Source: Octopus vulgaris (Eukaryota). From it: a stretch of 64,000 nt of DNA. Below the pieces are notes generated by a model. The model was given only the letters and a program-made list of their open reading frames with translations. It was not told the origin of the DNA and ran no database searches. Below, one piece after another: positions 13,821 through 25,719 of the stretch; position 1 is the first letter of the stretch; each line of letters starts with the position of its first letter. The translations under genes were made by a program, and so were the position numbers. Location: contig OX597823.1 of NCBI GenBank assembly GCA_951406725.2, positions 100,378,001 to 100,442,000 on the forward strand. Reading direction: 5' to 3'.

Positions 13821-16800
13821 TATATATACATACATATTATCATCATTTAATAATAGCATGGGTTGGACGATTTTGACTGAGGTCTGGCGAACCAGATGGC
13901 TGCACCAGGCTCCAATCTTGATCTGGCAGAGTTTCTACAGCTGGATGCCCTTCCTAACGCCAACCACTCCGAGAGTGTAGTGGGTGCTTTTTACGTGCCA
14001 CTGGCACGGGGGCCAGTCAGGCAGTACTGGCAATTACCTCACTCAAATCTTTTTACACGTGCCAGTGAAGCGACATTGGTAACGATCACGCTCGAATGGT
14101 GCCCTTTTACATGCCACGGGTACAGAAGCCAGTTGGCTGCTCTGGCAATGATCACGCTCGGATGTTGCTCTTAGCACCCTACTAGCACAGGCATAAGTGC
14201 CAGTAAGGCGATGCTGGTAACGATCATACTCAAATAGCCGCTCTGTCAACAATCACACTCGTATGGTGTTCTTTGCACCCCGCTAGCACGGATGCCAGTC
14301 ATCGAATTGATTTAGGTTTTCATTTCACTTCCCTCAACAGGTCTTCGCAAGCAGAGTTTAGTGACCAAAGAAGGAAAAGGTACGCATAAGCGGGCTGGTT
14401 ACGCTCCTGGCATAGGCCATAGGTTATGGTCTCATTTGGCTTGCCAAGTCTTCTCAAGCACAGCATATTACCAAAAGTCTCGATCGCTAGTCATTTCCTT
14501 GGTGAGGCCTAATGTTCGAAGGTCGTACTTCATCACTTCATCCCAGGTCTTCCTGGGTCTACCTCTTCCACAGGTTCCCTCAACCGCTAGGGTGTGGCAC
14601 TTTTTCACACAGCTATCATCATCCATTCTCACCACATGACCATCCCAGCGCAGTTGTCTCTCTTGCACACCACAACTGATGCTTCTTAGGTCCGACTTTT
14701 CTCTCAAGGTACTTACACTCTGTCGAGTATGCACACTGACATTACACACCCATCGGATCATACTGGCTTCATTCCTTGTGAGCTTACGCATGTCCTCAGC
14801 AGTCACGGCCCATGTTTCACTGCCATGTAGCATGGCTGTTTGTACACATGCGTCATACATTCTACCTTTTACTCTGAGCAAGAGGCCATTTGTCACCAGC
14901 AGAGGTAAGAGCTCTCTGAACTTTGCCCAGGCTATTCTTATTCTAGCAGCTACACTTTCAGCACACCCGCCCCCGCTGCTGACTTGGTCACCTAGGTAAC
15001 GGAAGCTATCAACTACTTCTAGTTTTTCTCCCTGGAATGTGGCAGAAGTTGTTCTCTGCAAATTTTCAGTGTTTATTGCTCCTGAGCATCTGCCATATAC
15101 AAAAACTATCTTCCCAGTTAGCTTTCCTTTGATAGTGCTGCACCTCTTATATGTGTCCATAGCTTACACTGGGTACATCTTATAGAGTTTCTACCTATGC
15201 CTCTACTACAGATCGAGCAGGGCCATCTACCTGTGGTTTGCCTGCCTTCCTACTTATTAGGACTTTGGTTTTAGCTAGGTTGATTCTAAGGCCCTTCGAT
15301 TCTAATCCTTGTTTCCATACATGAAACTTCTCCTCTAGTTCTGATAGTGACTCAGCAATTAGAGCAAGGTCATCAGCATAGATGAGCTCCCAGGGGCATC
15401 CTGTCTTGAATTCCTCTTTTATTACCTGGAGGACTATAATAAATAGGAGGGGGCTCAGGACTGAACCTTGGTGAACCCCTACCTCTACCCGGAATTCTTC
15501 AGTGTACTCGTTGCCAACCCTCACCTTACAGACATCGTCCCTGTACTGGGCTTGCACAGCTCTCACTAACCATTCATCTATCCCTAGTTTCCTCATTGAC
15601 CACCAGATAAGGGATCGGGGGAACTTGTCAAAGGCTTTCTCCATGTCAATGAAAGCTTGGTACAGGGGCTTATCTTTGGCTAGGTATTTCTCCTGCAGCT
15701 GTCTTACCAGAAATATAGCATCAGTGGTGCTTTTCCCTGGCACGAACCCAAACTGCATCTCATCTAAACTGACTCTCTCTCTTATTTGTTGGGCTATGAC
15801 CATTTCCTTGATTTAACAACTTGATACCTCTGTAATTATTTGTATATAAAGCGTCACCTTCTTTGTAGCAGTTGACTATGGTGCTCCTACACCAGTCATT
15901 GGGTATGACTCCTTCATGTATCACCTGGTTAACTATATGGGTGACTAGGCTATAGCCGACACTGCCAGATATTTTGAGCATCTCTGCAGTGATTCCTGAT
16001 GGGCCAGAGGCTTTCCCTGTCTTCATACTCTTAATTGCTTTATCTACCAAGGCACTGTCAACTTGGATAGTTGGTCCCTCTGTTGGGTTGACATTCAGCA
16101 GACTCTCTTTCTCCCATTCATTTTCTTCATTGAGCAACCTTTTATAGTGGCATCTCCAAACCTCTTTCTTTGCAGCCTCGTTTAGTGCAAAAAATGATAG
16201 AAATGAATATAGGAAGAAATAGGAGAAGAAAAACTAAGAAAGGCATGGTTAACACTTTAGGATTCAATTACTCTATCAAGTATAATGCTTGTTTATTCAT
16301 GTTGTTTTCAATTAATTATGTATTATCTTATAGGCTTGATATTTTGATGATGTTATTGATTATATTTAGAATGACATCATAGGGTAGGTGTGAGAGGCTA
16401 GAGCTGGCCAGTTTGAACATAAAACAAGGTAGAATATTTGGGCCGGGTAAGGGGGTTGGTTCAAATGTTAAAAGTAATGAAAGGGGAAGGGAAGGTGGAA
16501 CACAGAGGAAAATGGAGAAAATGATAACAAGATTCACAGGCAAATACTTAAAATTTTAGTGCTGAGGTGGAAATTCAGTTAAGATGATAACAGTTTGCAG
16601 TGATATGACAAATATGTCCAACCAATACCACCAGGTAAAAGAAACAAAACACTGATGAGGACGATTTACAAATTCTATCATCCATTCATGCTCATATGAC
16701 TCTACTTCCAGTCAATGAGCACTGAATTGGTGAAAAGTTGCAAATGAACAATGTCTTAATTAATAACACTTTCCATAGTCTTTAATTAAAACGTATATCA

Positions 16801-19800
16801 AAACAGAGCCAATGAACTAAATAAAATCAATCAGTTAAAATAATGTTTGTTAAACATATCAGACAAAACATAATTTACACTTTGGGAGCAGTGGGAAAAA
16901 AAGAAAAAAACCTCTCTGAAAGTAACCATGCAGTCTGTAAGGTTTCCCCTAGTATCTCTGTCGATTGATTCTAAACATGACCACTGAAATATACTATGTC
17001 CAAGTAAACTACAGCGTTTTCTAGATTTCATTTCCTAAGCATGTAAAGCCACAGAACCGAGTTCAATTACTCATTCAGTCATGAAACATTAAGCAAATGT
17101 GTAAAGGCTGTTGCATCTCAGATTAGATACTTCCCATGTTTTAGATATTATTCCATCTGATCTACACTAATCAAAGCCCACAAGCTCCAGAATGCTGGGA
17201 ACTCCTACTTTTAGAAGCACATGCTTTATTATGTTGACCTTGTGTGTTTTGGCAACCAACAACCTTTGAATCTGCAAGATAAATATTGGTGTCCAATAAT
17301 AAGAGTACCAGATATGCACCATACACATTCATAATATCCTCCTGGTCAGCCCTTGTCACTCTGTCCCCACTCACTTCTACTCGTATTTTGAGGGTCCACC
17401 TTAACAGCTCATCATCATTATTCTTGTTTCTTTTCACTTCTACTTGATCACTCCAACCCTCTCTTCTAAAATAGAGTAATTATGTAGCTTCCCTACAGCA
17501 AAAACCCTGTTTTGCTTCAGCCCCCTTCTCTCATACTTTTTTTACTCACCAAATGTAAAACTATCCTCATGAAGTTCATAGTGTTGCAAGCTGCAAGCTG
17601 GTGGCCACTGTTATAAGGTTGGCTTTATGAAGGGCAACCAATCAAAGAAACCATGCTAGAGCGAACAATAGAGCAAAATGCAGTCTTTGGGCCCATCCTG
17701 TCAAACCCACACAAGCATGCAATGTGGACATTATATAAAGAAGAGGAAGAAGAAGAAAAACCTAAGCAAATTGCAAAATGTATGCCCAATTCTTCAGGAT
17801 TGATGCGATTTCAAATGGATGATCAATGAAAAGCATTGACCAATGTCCCCAGTCCTGGAGATTTGGCAGTGAATGTTCAATTCTTATCTTACTGAGCAGA
17901 ATCGAGAACAAGTAAATTGGCCATTTCTCTGCTAGCAACATCATTTTGCAATCTCAGTTGATTCCACTTTGAAGTAGGCCTATGTGCCAAAGTCCACTGA
18001 TTGCATGTTCTCCATGTATTGGCATGATGACTCATCTGTCATGGGAGTCAAAAGGAGAATGACCAAGGCATAGAGAGAAGATAAAAAGCATGACAAAAAT
18101 ACCTTATTAATATTTCCTCCTAAGTTCTATATACTCTGAGAACGCATTAAAGCCTTTTTCAGGGCTACTTTATTTGGAATTCTTACTATCGGGTAACTAA
18201 TTTCATGTTATTACATAACTGACTTCACAATTTGGGTATTCATAACTTATTGGGAATTCCTAGAAACAAGAAGATTTGTAAGACAGTTCGGTATTCTCTG
18301 TAAATGCACGAAAAAAGTTTTAAGGGTTACATACTTTGTATTGTTGTTATTGGATTAGCGAAACAATTATGAGAATGGAACCAAGGGATAAGCCCCGCTT
18401 TCCCGAGAATAACCGGCTACGTCAGCTAGTTACTGAATGTGTAACTGGAAACAGGGATGTTACTTTTAGCCCCATTAACTTCAAGAGCAAGTTTCATTAT
18501 ACCAGTTGGTATAATGTTGGAAGTCGGTTGAAAAATAGAATTATGCCTTGTAGAACTAAAAGCATTTTTTTTTTACCTCCAACTTCGTAATGACCTTTGT
18601 TAACAAACTAGTGAAAACATTGATACACTGTGAACAGCAGCCTCAAAATCTAGAGGAATATACATTTCCATTGAGTGAGAAGAAAAGATTTGAAAGAGAC
18701 CCAAGAACAGAGAGCCACTTCCGCAGCAAAATGACAGTAGACAATGCCAACGATAATGGGGTAGGTATACTGTAAGACTTACTTCAGGTATGAAGCTGGG
18801 CACAGAGAAGAAATCTGAGGGAATACTTTGAGGATGACATTGATAAATTTAGTGACTGAACGAATGAGTTTCTGCTTCACTGCATTTTAGAAATGAAATA
18901 TAGAAGTGTAAAGTGCAACTGCCAATGTTGAAACCAAAATTGTACGAGAATGAAAGAATTGTCACGTAGCCTTCATTTTCATTCAATGAGATGCGTTTGA
19001 TGTCGTTTGAGAGAAAGCACGTTTACAGCTGTGAAGTCAAATGAAAGAAACTGCACCTTTCATATAAGATTCCTGAAGCTTGCTATTGACGGTTGATTTA
19101 AGGTTTTTGCTCTTCGTATCTGAGATACGCTATAGGATCAATGGCTGAATCGTCAGGCTGTAAGTTGAAAAATGGCGAATCTAGTCTGTGTTTGTTACAG
19201 ATGACTGATCATTAGATTTGTTTCGTAATGCTACGAGGACATAAACAGGCGTTGCCAAGCCCCAGTCTCTCGGCAGCATCAAAGAGAGTCCCGTCTAACA
19301 AGATAGCCAAGGTTTCTGTTAATGCAAACTAGCTAGCTTGGTTGAGGAAATTGACCACGATGCAAGAAAGAAAAGCTGGAATATTTTAAGTGGATCAGAA
19401 GCAGAAACAAAAGCCACTGACTAATTACAAAATCCCCATCGGTTACTTGGCTACGTTTGATGCCAACAAGAGAGAATAGAAAAATTGTCTGAACTAGTTT
19501 CGGCAGCACATATTCTTAGAACTGACAGTAATTTAGTTTTAACCAGACTAAACGTTTCCTGTAAACTGATTTTTTAATTATTTTTACCTCAGCTCTCATA
19601 AATAGATACCTCATAGCAATAAAAGTATTTTCTCAATAGATATGATCAACTAAACACACTAGAGAGTTAAATGGTCGAAAGATGTGGCCATTATGCGCGT
19701 ACGTGAATCGAAAACAGCCATGTACAAACTGAAACAAAATGACGAGAAAGAAGTACAGCAGTAAATAATGTGAAGTGGGTTTCGTTCCAAGAAGACACAA

Positions 19801-21116
19801 TCGAAACGGACAAGAAGAAAAGAATATTAAATCAGGGGAAATATTATCAATCTTTATAAAATACATCGATTTATATGTTTATACCAAATAAATATGCTCT
19901 ACAAGGTAAACTGATTTCCTGTTATATTTTTTAAGTGCTGTCATGCCAATAAAACCAAATTCACTAAAAAGATGAGCCACATTAGATAATACAGCTAATA
20001 CCATGACAGTGCCGATATTGGGGCAGAAAGATTGCCGATATTGGTCGCGGTAAATAATGATTGTATATCAAATATCAGCAGCTTTTAACGAATACACTAA
20101 CTTCTATTGATAATCAAATATTATTAGCCACAATTAAAAAAAGAAAAAAAGGGTCCCTGCTAATTAAAATGTATTTGATCTGCCTTCCTAATTATCCTCT
20201 ACTCTGTCAGTTATCGATCTAAAGATAAAAGGACTTGATTGTGTAGAACCGACGAAATATATAAATAAAATCCATCGATAATGAAGGCAACACTAGTTCA
20301 GTGTCTCCACGACCACCCACACGGTTTTTTTTTCAATCCAAGACATCTAAGCAATATCTATTGATGAGTGCAACTTTCCAAGTTTCCATCATAATTGGCC
20401 ACAATAAAAATTAAATGTTATAAGCACGCACGCACACATTATACGAGTGTTGATAGACATATATACTAAAACTAAAAACCTAACTCCTCTTTACAAAACG
20501 AAAGGCCGTCCGTATGTAAGTGTTGTAATAAATGTGTTATGTTAATGTATTGTAAATGAAAAGAGGAAATATTACATACATATGTCTGAATGATGTAGTT
20601 AGGTGGCTCAAATATTAAAACTGTTAACACTTTCCTAGAATTGCTCGCAGAAAACGTCACAAATAAGAAAAAAAAGCATTTAGATTTACAACTCAATCGG
20701 AGAGCAGTTCAATAAGGATTGATGCAAAATATTATTAAGAATCGTCAAACACGCACAAAAGTGTGTAAACAATTATGTTCTTTGAAGCTGTGTATATAGA
20801 AAGCAATATTTCTGGCCAGAAAATGAGGGATCGATTTTGAATGGAGAAACCATCGCTAATTGATCCCCCATTTTGTGCCCGACACACAACATTACAACGC
20901 CATATTGTTATAAAGAACGACCACGCATTGCTTTTAAATCATCTCGAGAATCGATAATAATTTGCCATGTAACTCGAGTCATTATGTTGCAGTGTTTTAC
21001 TGTTTGATATTTAAAAGCAAAAAAAGCATATATCAAAGCAAGAAAACAAACAGATTCATTAAATACGCAAAAACAATAACAAAATGTCACAAACCTTCCC
21101 GAGTAAATCCCTCCAT
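3512..21116 (-). CDS. SF3B1: Splicing factor 3B subunit 1, 5' part (coding exons 1-4; gene continues past the left edge)
   Basis: join(21095-21116,6185-6357,5471-5554,3512-3629). All introns are GT-AG with consistent phases. Translation: [20 protein letters not shown]...[29 protein letters not shown]...[10 protein letters not shown]...[39 protein letters not shown]. This matches the recalled SF3B1 N-terminus (THEDIEAQIREIQ...GYVTSIA...KIADREDEY...MIISPERLDPFADG). Confidence 0.96.
5471..5554 (-). CDS. SF3B1: SF3B1 coding exon 3
   Basis: tag|GAC GAG ... GAC AAG|gtaaga; 84 nt, [28 protein letters not shown]. Confidence 0.93.
6185..6357 (-). CDS. SF3B1: SF3B1 coding exon 2
   Basis: cag|AT ATT GAA GAA ... 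CAA GAT|gtgagt; encodes [13 protein letters not shown]...[13 protein letters not shown]. Confidence 0.95.
8095..8769 (+). mobile_element. Internally deleted mariner element with intact TIRs and TA target duplication
   Basis: TA|TTAGGTTGTCAAGAAAGTTCTTGCAG ... CTGCAAGAACTTTCTTGACAACCTAA|TA. ORF 8339-8692 has RDNA...[14 protein letters not shown] with D34D spacing; the N-terminal half is missing. Confidence 0.93.
9180..10050 (+). mobile_element. Decayed 3' fragment of a CR1/L2-group LINE (same family as 51010-54375)
   Basis: [12 protein letters not shown] and SYAEDGK (decayed YADDTK); collinear DNA similarity to 53145-54350. Confidence 0.85.
10171..12580 (-). mobile_element. CR1-group LINE, 5'-truncated and internally deleted, with (TAAC)n tail
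   Basis: ORF1 C-terminal remnant (12400-12560), APE start (IVYTN...[10 protein letters not shown]), RT motifs [21 protein letters not shown] and FANDVK, C-terminal LYSLEKRR...[13 protein letters not shown], and a (TAAC)5 tail at 10171-10192. Confidence 0.92.
12912..13370 (-). mobile_element. RTE-3'-tail repeat (short 5'-truncated RTE copy or partner SINE)
   Basis: Collinear with the RTE 3'UTR at 13845-14460; ends in a CCATGCTAGCATGG hairpin and a (GAT)n tail. Confidence 0.8.
13370..13835. repeat. Long compound (AT)n/(AC)n microsatellite
   Basis: About 460 bp of alternating TA and CA runs; source of the spurious YI/HT/VC ORFs. Confidence 0.97.
13845..16188 (-). mobile_element. RTE-clade LINE, 5'-truncated, with full 3'UTR
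   Basis: [58 protein letters not shown] and RGRPRKTW, with several frameshifts. Confidence 0.95.
16253..16474. mobile_element. Decayed piggyBac-type (TTAA) MITE, same family as 63143-63362
   Basis: Starts ttaa|cactttag and is collinear with the better-preserved copy at 63143. Confidence 0.65.
18200..20050 (+). mobile_element. Possible highly decayed DNA transposon (Mutator-like?)
   Basis: Non-microsatellite, coding-like composition with broken frames, a faint resemblance to the MULE CxFHFxQ motif near 18960-18990, and repeated TGCCGATATTGG (20011-20044) near the right end. Confidence 0.22.
21095..21116 (-). CDS. SF3B1: SF3B1 coding exon 1 (MEGFTRE + G)
   Basis: ATG GAG GGA TTT ACT CGG GAA G|gtttgt. 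The phase-1 donor completes the Asp codon with exon 2, and the site lies in a locally CpG-retaining region. Confidence 0.85.
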
Positions 21117-21240
21117 TTTTGTTATTTTCAGTTCGCTTCGCCGTACTTCAAGGAAATGGACAACATAGCATTCAACTCGTGCAATATCACACACGCACAA
21201 AGAGACCTCCACCTGAACAGCACTTAATTTAGTGAATTGA
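21117..21240 (-). promoter_or_regulatory. Probable SF3B1 5'UTR/promoter region
   Basis: Immediately upstream of the ATG at 21116 and locally CpG-retaining; TSS not determinable. Confidence 0.4.
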
Positions 21241-21388
21241 GTGTGTGTGATGTATGTATGTGTGTGAATATATATATATATAATGAAAATACGGTTATTT
21301 TAAATTAATATATATAATACTATATATATATATATTAATAATTAGTAAGACGGATATTTTGTATGCGTGTATGTATGTAGGTAGATAA

Positions 21389-21447
<59 letters not shown>

Positions 21448-22909
21448 AAACAATATGGATTTTTTTTTTTAATTATATAAACTTTTACTTTCCATTTTTA
21501 AATAACCAAATGAATTGTTAAAACTCCAAATAACGCAGTAGTAAACAGACTGCTGACACTTTGGATAAAATCCTTAGTCCATTTATTCCCTTCTTCGTTT
21601 ATGTTGTCAGCTATTTCTCTCTAAGCACAAACCTTCTCCATAATTTTTGTAGTCGTGTCAGATGTGTTATGACTTGATTTATAGAGATATATATCGATCT
21701 GACACTGTAATTACTAATCGACCTAAACGCATAAAAGGTGATAACAAATTTTGCGTCTTTGTCGTAATGAAACAAATTTGACATGACTTCATACAATATT
21801 TGTTTAATTCGATGAGGAACGAGCGATATAAATATTAACTGTGTTATTGCTATTTGTATTTATAGAACCCACGAGGTAAACGGAGAGAAAATGACAACTG
21901 AAGTTAGTAAATAAGACATGGTTTGCATAAATATATATATGCACATAAAATATTCTATCGCATTATATCTATCTCAAAGGTTGGTCATTTTTTTTAAATT
22001 TTTAACCATGTACCTTACAATAAATATATTGCAACATCACAGGCAGTTTTTTTTTTTTTTTCCAAGTTAATGAACATGTAATGCCATTGTCATGCTACTA
22101 TTATTTAATGCGTCTTTTCCGTTCTGAGTTCAAATCCCACTGTGTTCAAGTACCTTTCAACCTTGGAAGGGGCAAGTCAATAAAATAAAGTACTAATCAA
22201 GTACTTGCGTCGATGGTATCGATTAATCCCACCCACCAAAAAAATGCTACATTTGTACCTAAATTAGAAACTATTATTAGGTTACTGCTTGGTGGTATGC
22301 ATCTTAGAATGCTGATCAAGACTATTAAAGGTACCAGTTAATATCAAAGGTTGGCTATTTAATTAAATAAAGCTGCTGGACGTCAAGGATCGTTTGTGAC
22401 TTCGGTTCTACTTCCATAAATACAGCACAACACGGCATCATGTGATATGACAGAGGCTTGGCTGCGACACTTTGCTACAAAAGCAAGAGCGAAGTCACTT
22501 CTGAACAAATTATTTATTAGGAGCGGACATGATGAGTATTGGAAGAGTTTTCTGTAATGGTGGGGGGCTGAAACTTGAAAAGTACATTTTTAGGAGTATA
22601 ACATCAAGTGATAATGTCATCAGTTCGTCCACAACAGAAACAATAGTGTTCCTTGGACCATTTTAAATCCTTTTCAATTCCAGAAATGAACCTTCTCCAT
22701 TGTTGTCAGTTGACAAGATATATATATATATATATATATTCTTTTACTTGTCTCAGTCATTTGACTGTGTCTATATATATGTAAATATATATATAGCATA
22801 TATGTATATATATGAAACGAATACATTTATATATAGCATATATATATGCTATATATATATATATATATATACACCGTCCAACCCATGCACAACGGACGTT
22901 TAATGATGA

Positions 22910-22943
<34 letters not shown>

Positions 22944-23059
22944 GTATATGTATAGATGGATAGAGATACATCACCCGTAAAAAAGAGAGGTAATATTCTG
23001 GGAAGGAAGGAATGGGAACAGGGTACATATGAGGGATTGGATGAAAGTTTAATAGGTCA

Positions 23060-24120
23060 GAAGAACAGCAGCCATTATAGAAACAATAGAAAAGACAGAA
23101 GACAACAATGCCTGCAGGACAAAGACTGGAGTGGGTCTGTTAGTGGTTAAATACGATAAGTCAAGTTGCCCTTCTCTTGATGCAGTCAAAGATATCTGTG
23201 TATTTAACAGTTGCACCATCCCAGATGTTGGGGCAGTACTCCATTGAGGGCCTTATTTGAGTTTATACAATGTCAGTAATTGTTGAGGGCTGAAATATTT
23301 TCTGATTCTGAAGAGAAGGGCCAGTGTTTGAGATGCAGTCTTAGCTATGTTAAGAAAATGCTTTCACCAGGAGAGACACCCAGTAATAGTGAAGCTTAGC
23401 ATTTGGGGTAACCTTGAGGGCTCTAGCTTTATGCTTGAGAGTGCAGCAGTGTTTTCTTGATGTGATTAATGCTAGGGTTTTTTTTAGCATGGTTAAGACA
23501 AGTTTGGCATAGATCAATCAAAGAATACTCTTAAGGTCTCCATTCATGGAATCAATGTAGGTTTGGTGTGTGATGTTTAGGGTTGTATGGGGATGATGCA
23601 TGGTTAGGGAAAGCTAGAAAGGAATGAAGAGCAGAGTCTTCAGAACAGGAGTGGACATTATTGGACGTGGTAACAAGTAGGCCATTGATGCATGGAAGGA
23701 AGTAAGTTGGGGAGAGTACCAAAACCCAAGAGAACATTAGAGTTGATTGAGAGCAAAGCAGAAAGAGTTCAGTCAATATATGTTGCAATGGTGTAATAAG
23801 ATAGGAAGCTACAGATGCAAAAGATGAGATGAGGGTGGAGGTCATGGATGGAAAGTTTTGACAGCTTTGTATGCAGGGGCAATCAAAGGTTTTGTTGATA
23901 TCTAGAGTAACAACAAAATTGTCTTCACAGAACTTGGAGAGTAGTTTCTGCAATGGATGTGGCTCTATGGAAAGCATAGGTGGCCAGTGAAGAGAAAGAA
24001 AAAGATTTCAGGTGTCATTGTTAATGGCTGTTTTCATTAGTAATGTGAGAAATAGAATAATAGTTGTCTGGGTCAGAGCGGGTGCTTCTCATTGGAGTCA
24101 GACACACTGAAGTGTGCCAA
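23060..24120 (-). mobile_element. Decayed non-LTR retrotransposon RT fragment
   Basis: VTLDINKTFD, VLSPTYFL and SEDSALH (decayed ADDSTLH); a LYKLK*GPQWSTAPTSG-type C-terminal remnant lies near 23230-23270. Confidence 0.75.
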
Positions 24121-24129
24121 GAAAAGAAA

Positions 24130-25000
24130 GATAAATAAAAATTCACTAAATCTTAGATCAAAGAAAATATAATGGAGAGAAATTAAAGAAGAGATGAACG
24201 GAATGAGAAATTCAAAGGAAACAAACTAGAAATGTTCCAAATTTTCACTGACAGAATGTTAATAATTTATAGAAAACATATCCCTGAAAGAAATACAAAG
24301 ATAAAATATCAAAATGAAAGAAACTCTTGTGAATTAAAAAGTCAATCAATATTGAAATAAAGAAAATTCTAGAAAATGTAAAACTTTAGTAATATGAATG
24401 ATAAAGCAAGAACAATCAGTGAAACCAAAAGAGACTTGAAATTCCTCTATAAATATACCAACAGGACTATGAACACAAAATTGACGACTGGACAGAGAAA
24501 ATCTCTTGTTAAATAAAGATGCCAAAATTGTAAATATTCTTAAATACCAGTTCAGCCCAACTTTTAATACATCAAAAATAAATACATTTGATCTTGAACG
24601 ATTATATTTTTCAATGACAAAAATACAAGTTATCTAAAAGACATCATCATTCCTAAGGAAATGGTTACAATGCTTTGCCAATACATCATGTGAAACAAAC
24701 TGTAAACACAAATTAGTAAAACCACTACAAATGATGTTTCAAAATTCACTTGGTACAGGAAGCTGTTCTAAGATCTCAAAATGAACATTATTCCAATTTT
24801 GTCAAAAACTGAGAAAAAACTCTTGCAGAAAATGATCAACCAATATTTCTTACAAGTTTGATCACAATGATTTTTGAAAGAGAACTCAGAAATATGTGGA
24901 CCCATCAAGTCTGAAAGACAGATAACCAATATGGTCTTTGAAAAAAAAAAATTATTGCGTGTATTACTATGACAAGATTATTGCAATGTTATTAATCAGT
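24130..25000 (+). mobile_element. Very decayed CR1/L2-like LINE fragment
   Basis: A-rich and collinear with ORF2 regions upstream of the RT domain (SKPLQMMFQNSLGTG; QPIFLTSLI). Confidence 0.5.
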
Positions 25001-25210
25001 TCGAATATGCTTGATGCATGTTCAGACCATGTCATATGGCCAGCTGGAGATGATGTCTCCTGGAGCTAAATTACAGCAACATTCATCCTAAACCAGGACT
25101 GCCATGTTATGTTGGCAAACAATCTTTACTCCTGAGATGACAAAGGAATGTTACAAATGAAGCAGTTGTTTCCTCCCACCACTCTCACTTTCTCTTCTCT
25201 ACAACATTAT

Positions 25211-25719
25211 CCTGGAAAAGTATAGGACAAGTTATTACACCTGGAAAAGTATAGGACAAGTTATTACACCTGGAAAAGTACAGGACGAGTTATTACACTT
25301 GGAAAAGTATAGGACAAGTTATTACACCTGGAAAAGTACAGGGCAAGTTATTACACCTGGAAAAGTATAGGACAAGCTAGTACTTCAAGTAAAGAATAAG
25401 AAACTTTTTACTTAAAATTTTGCAGCTAAAATTAAAATTTGAATATTAAAAATGATTTTATTATAGTTTACAAATAACACTATACTCATTAAGTACAATT
25501 TGGCTAATTTACTACCTTAAATACAGAAAAAAAGTGACTAATTAGACAAACTTACAAATTAGCTGAACAGTTTTGTACAATAAAGAGTGATAAATTAGAA
25601 GAACTGACATTCTTTGCTGCAATATTTTAAGTAAAAGGTTTCTTATTCTTTAGTTTACTAGAAGTAATAGCATGTCCTATACTTTTGCAGGTGTAATAAC
25701 TTGTTCTGTATTTTTCCAG
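25211..25719. repeat. Foldback/MITE-like element with terminal 29-bp tandem repeats
   Basis: CCTGGAAAAGTATAGGACAAGTTATTACA repeated about 6 times (25211-25376), with two inverted units plus adjacent inverted sequence at 25615-25719. Confidence 0.85.

Noticed and set aside
13212-13980. Long YI/HT/VC-rich ORFs (also near 1559-2289, 7338, 12744, 22700)
   Set aside because: Translations of (AT)n/(AC)n microsatellites that lack stop codons.
25211-25376. 29-bp repeats as a CRISPR array
   Set aside because: Units are directly adjacent with no spacers, there are no cas genes, and the context is eukaryotic.
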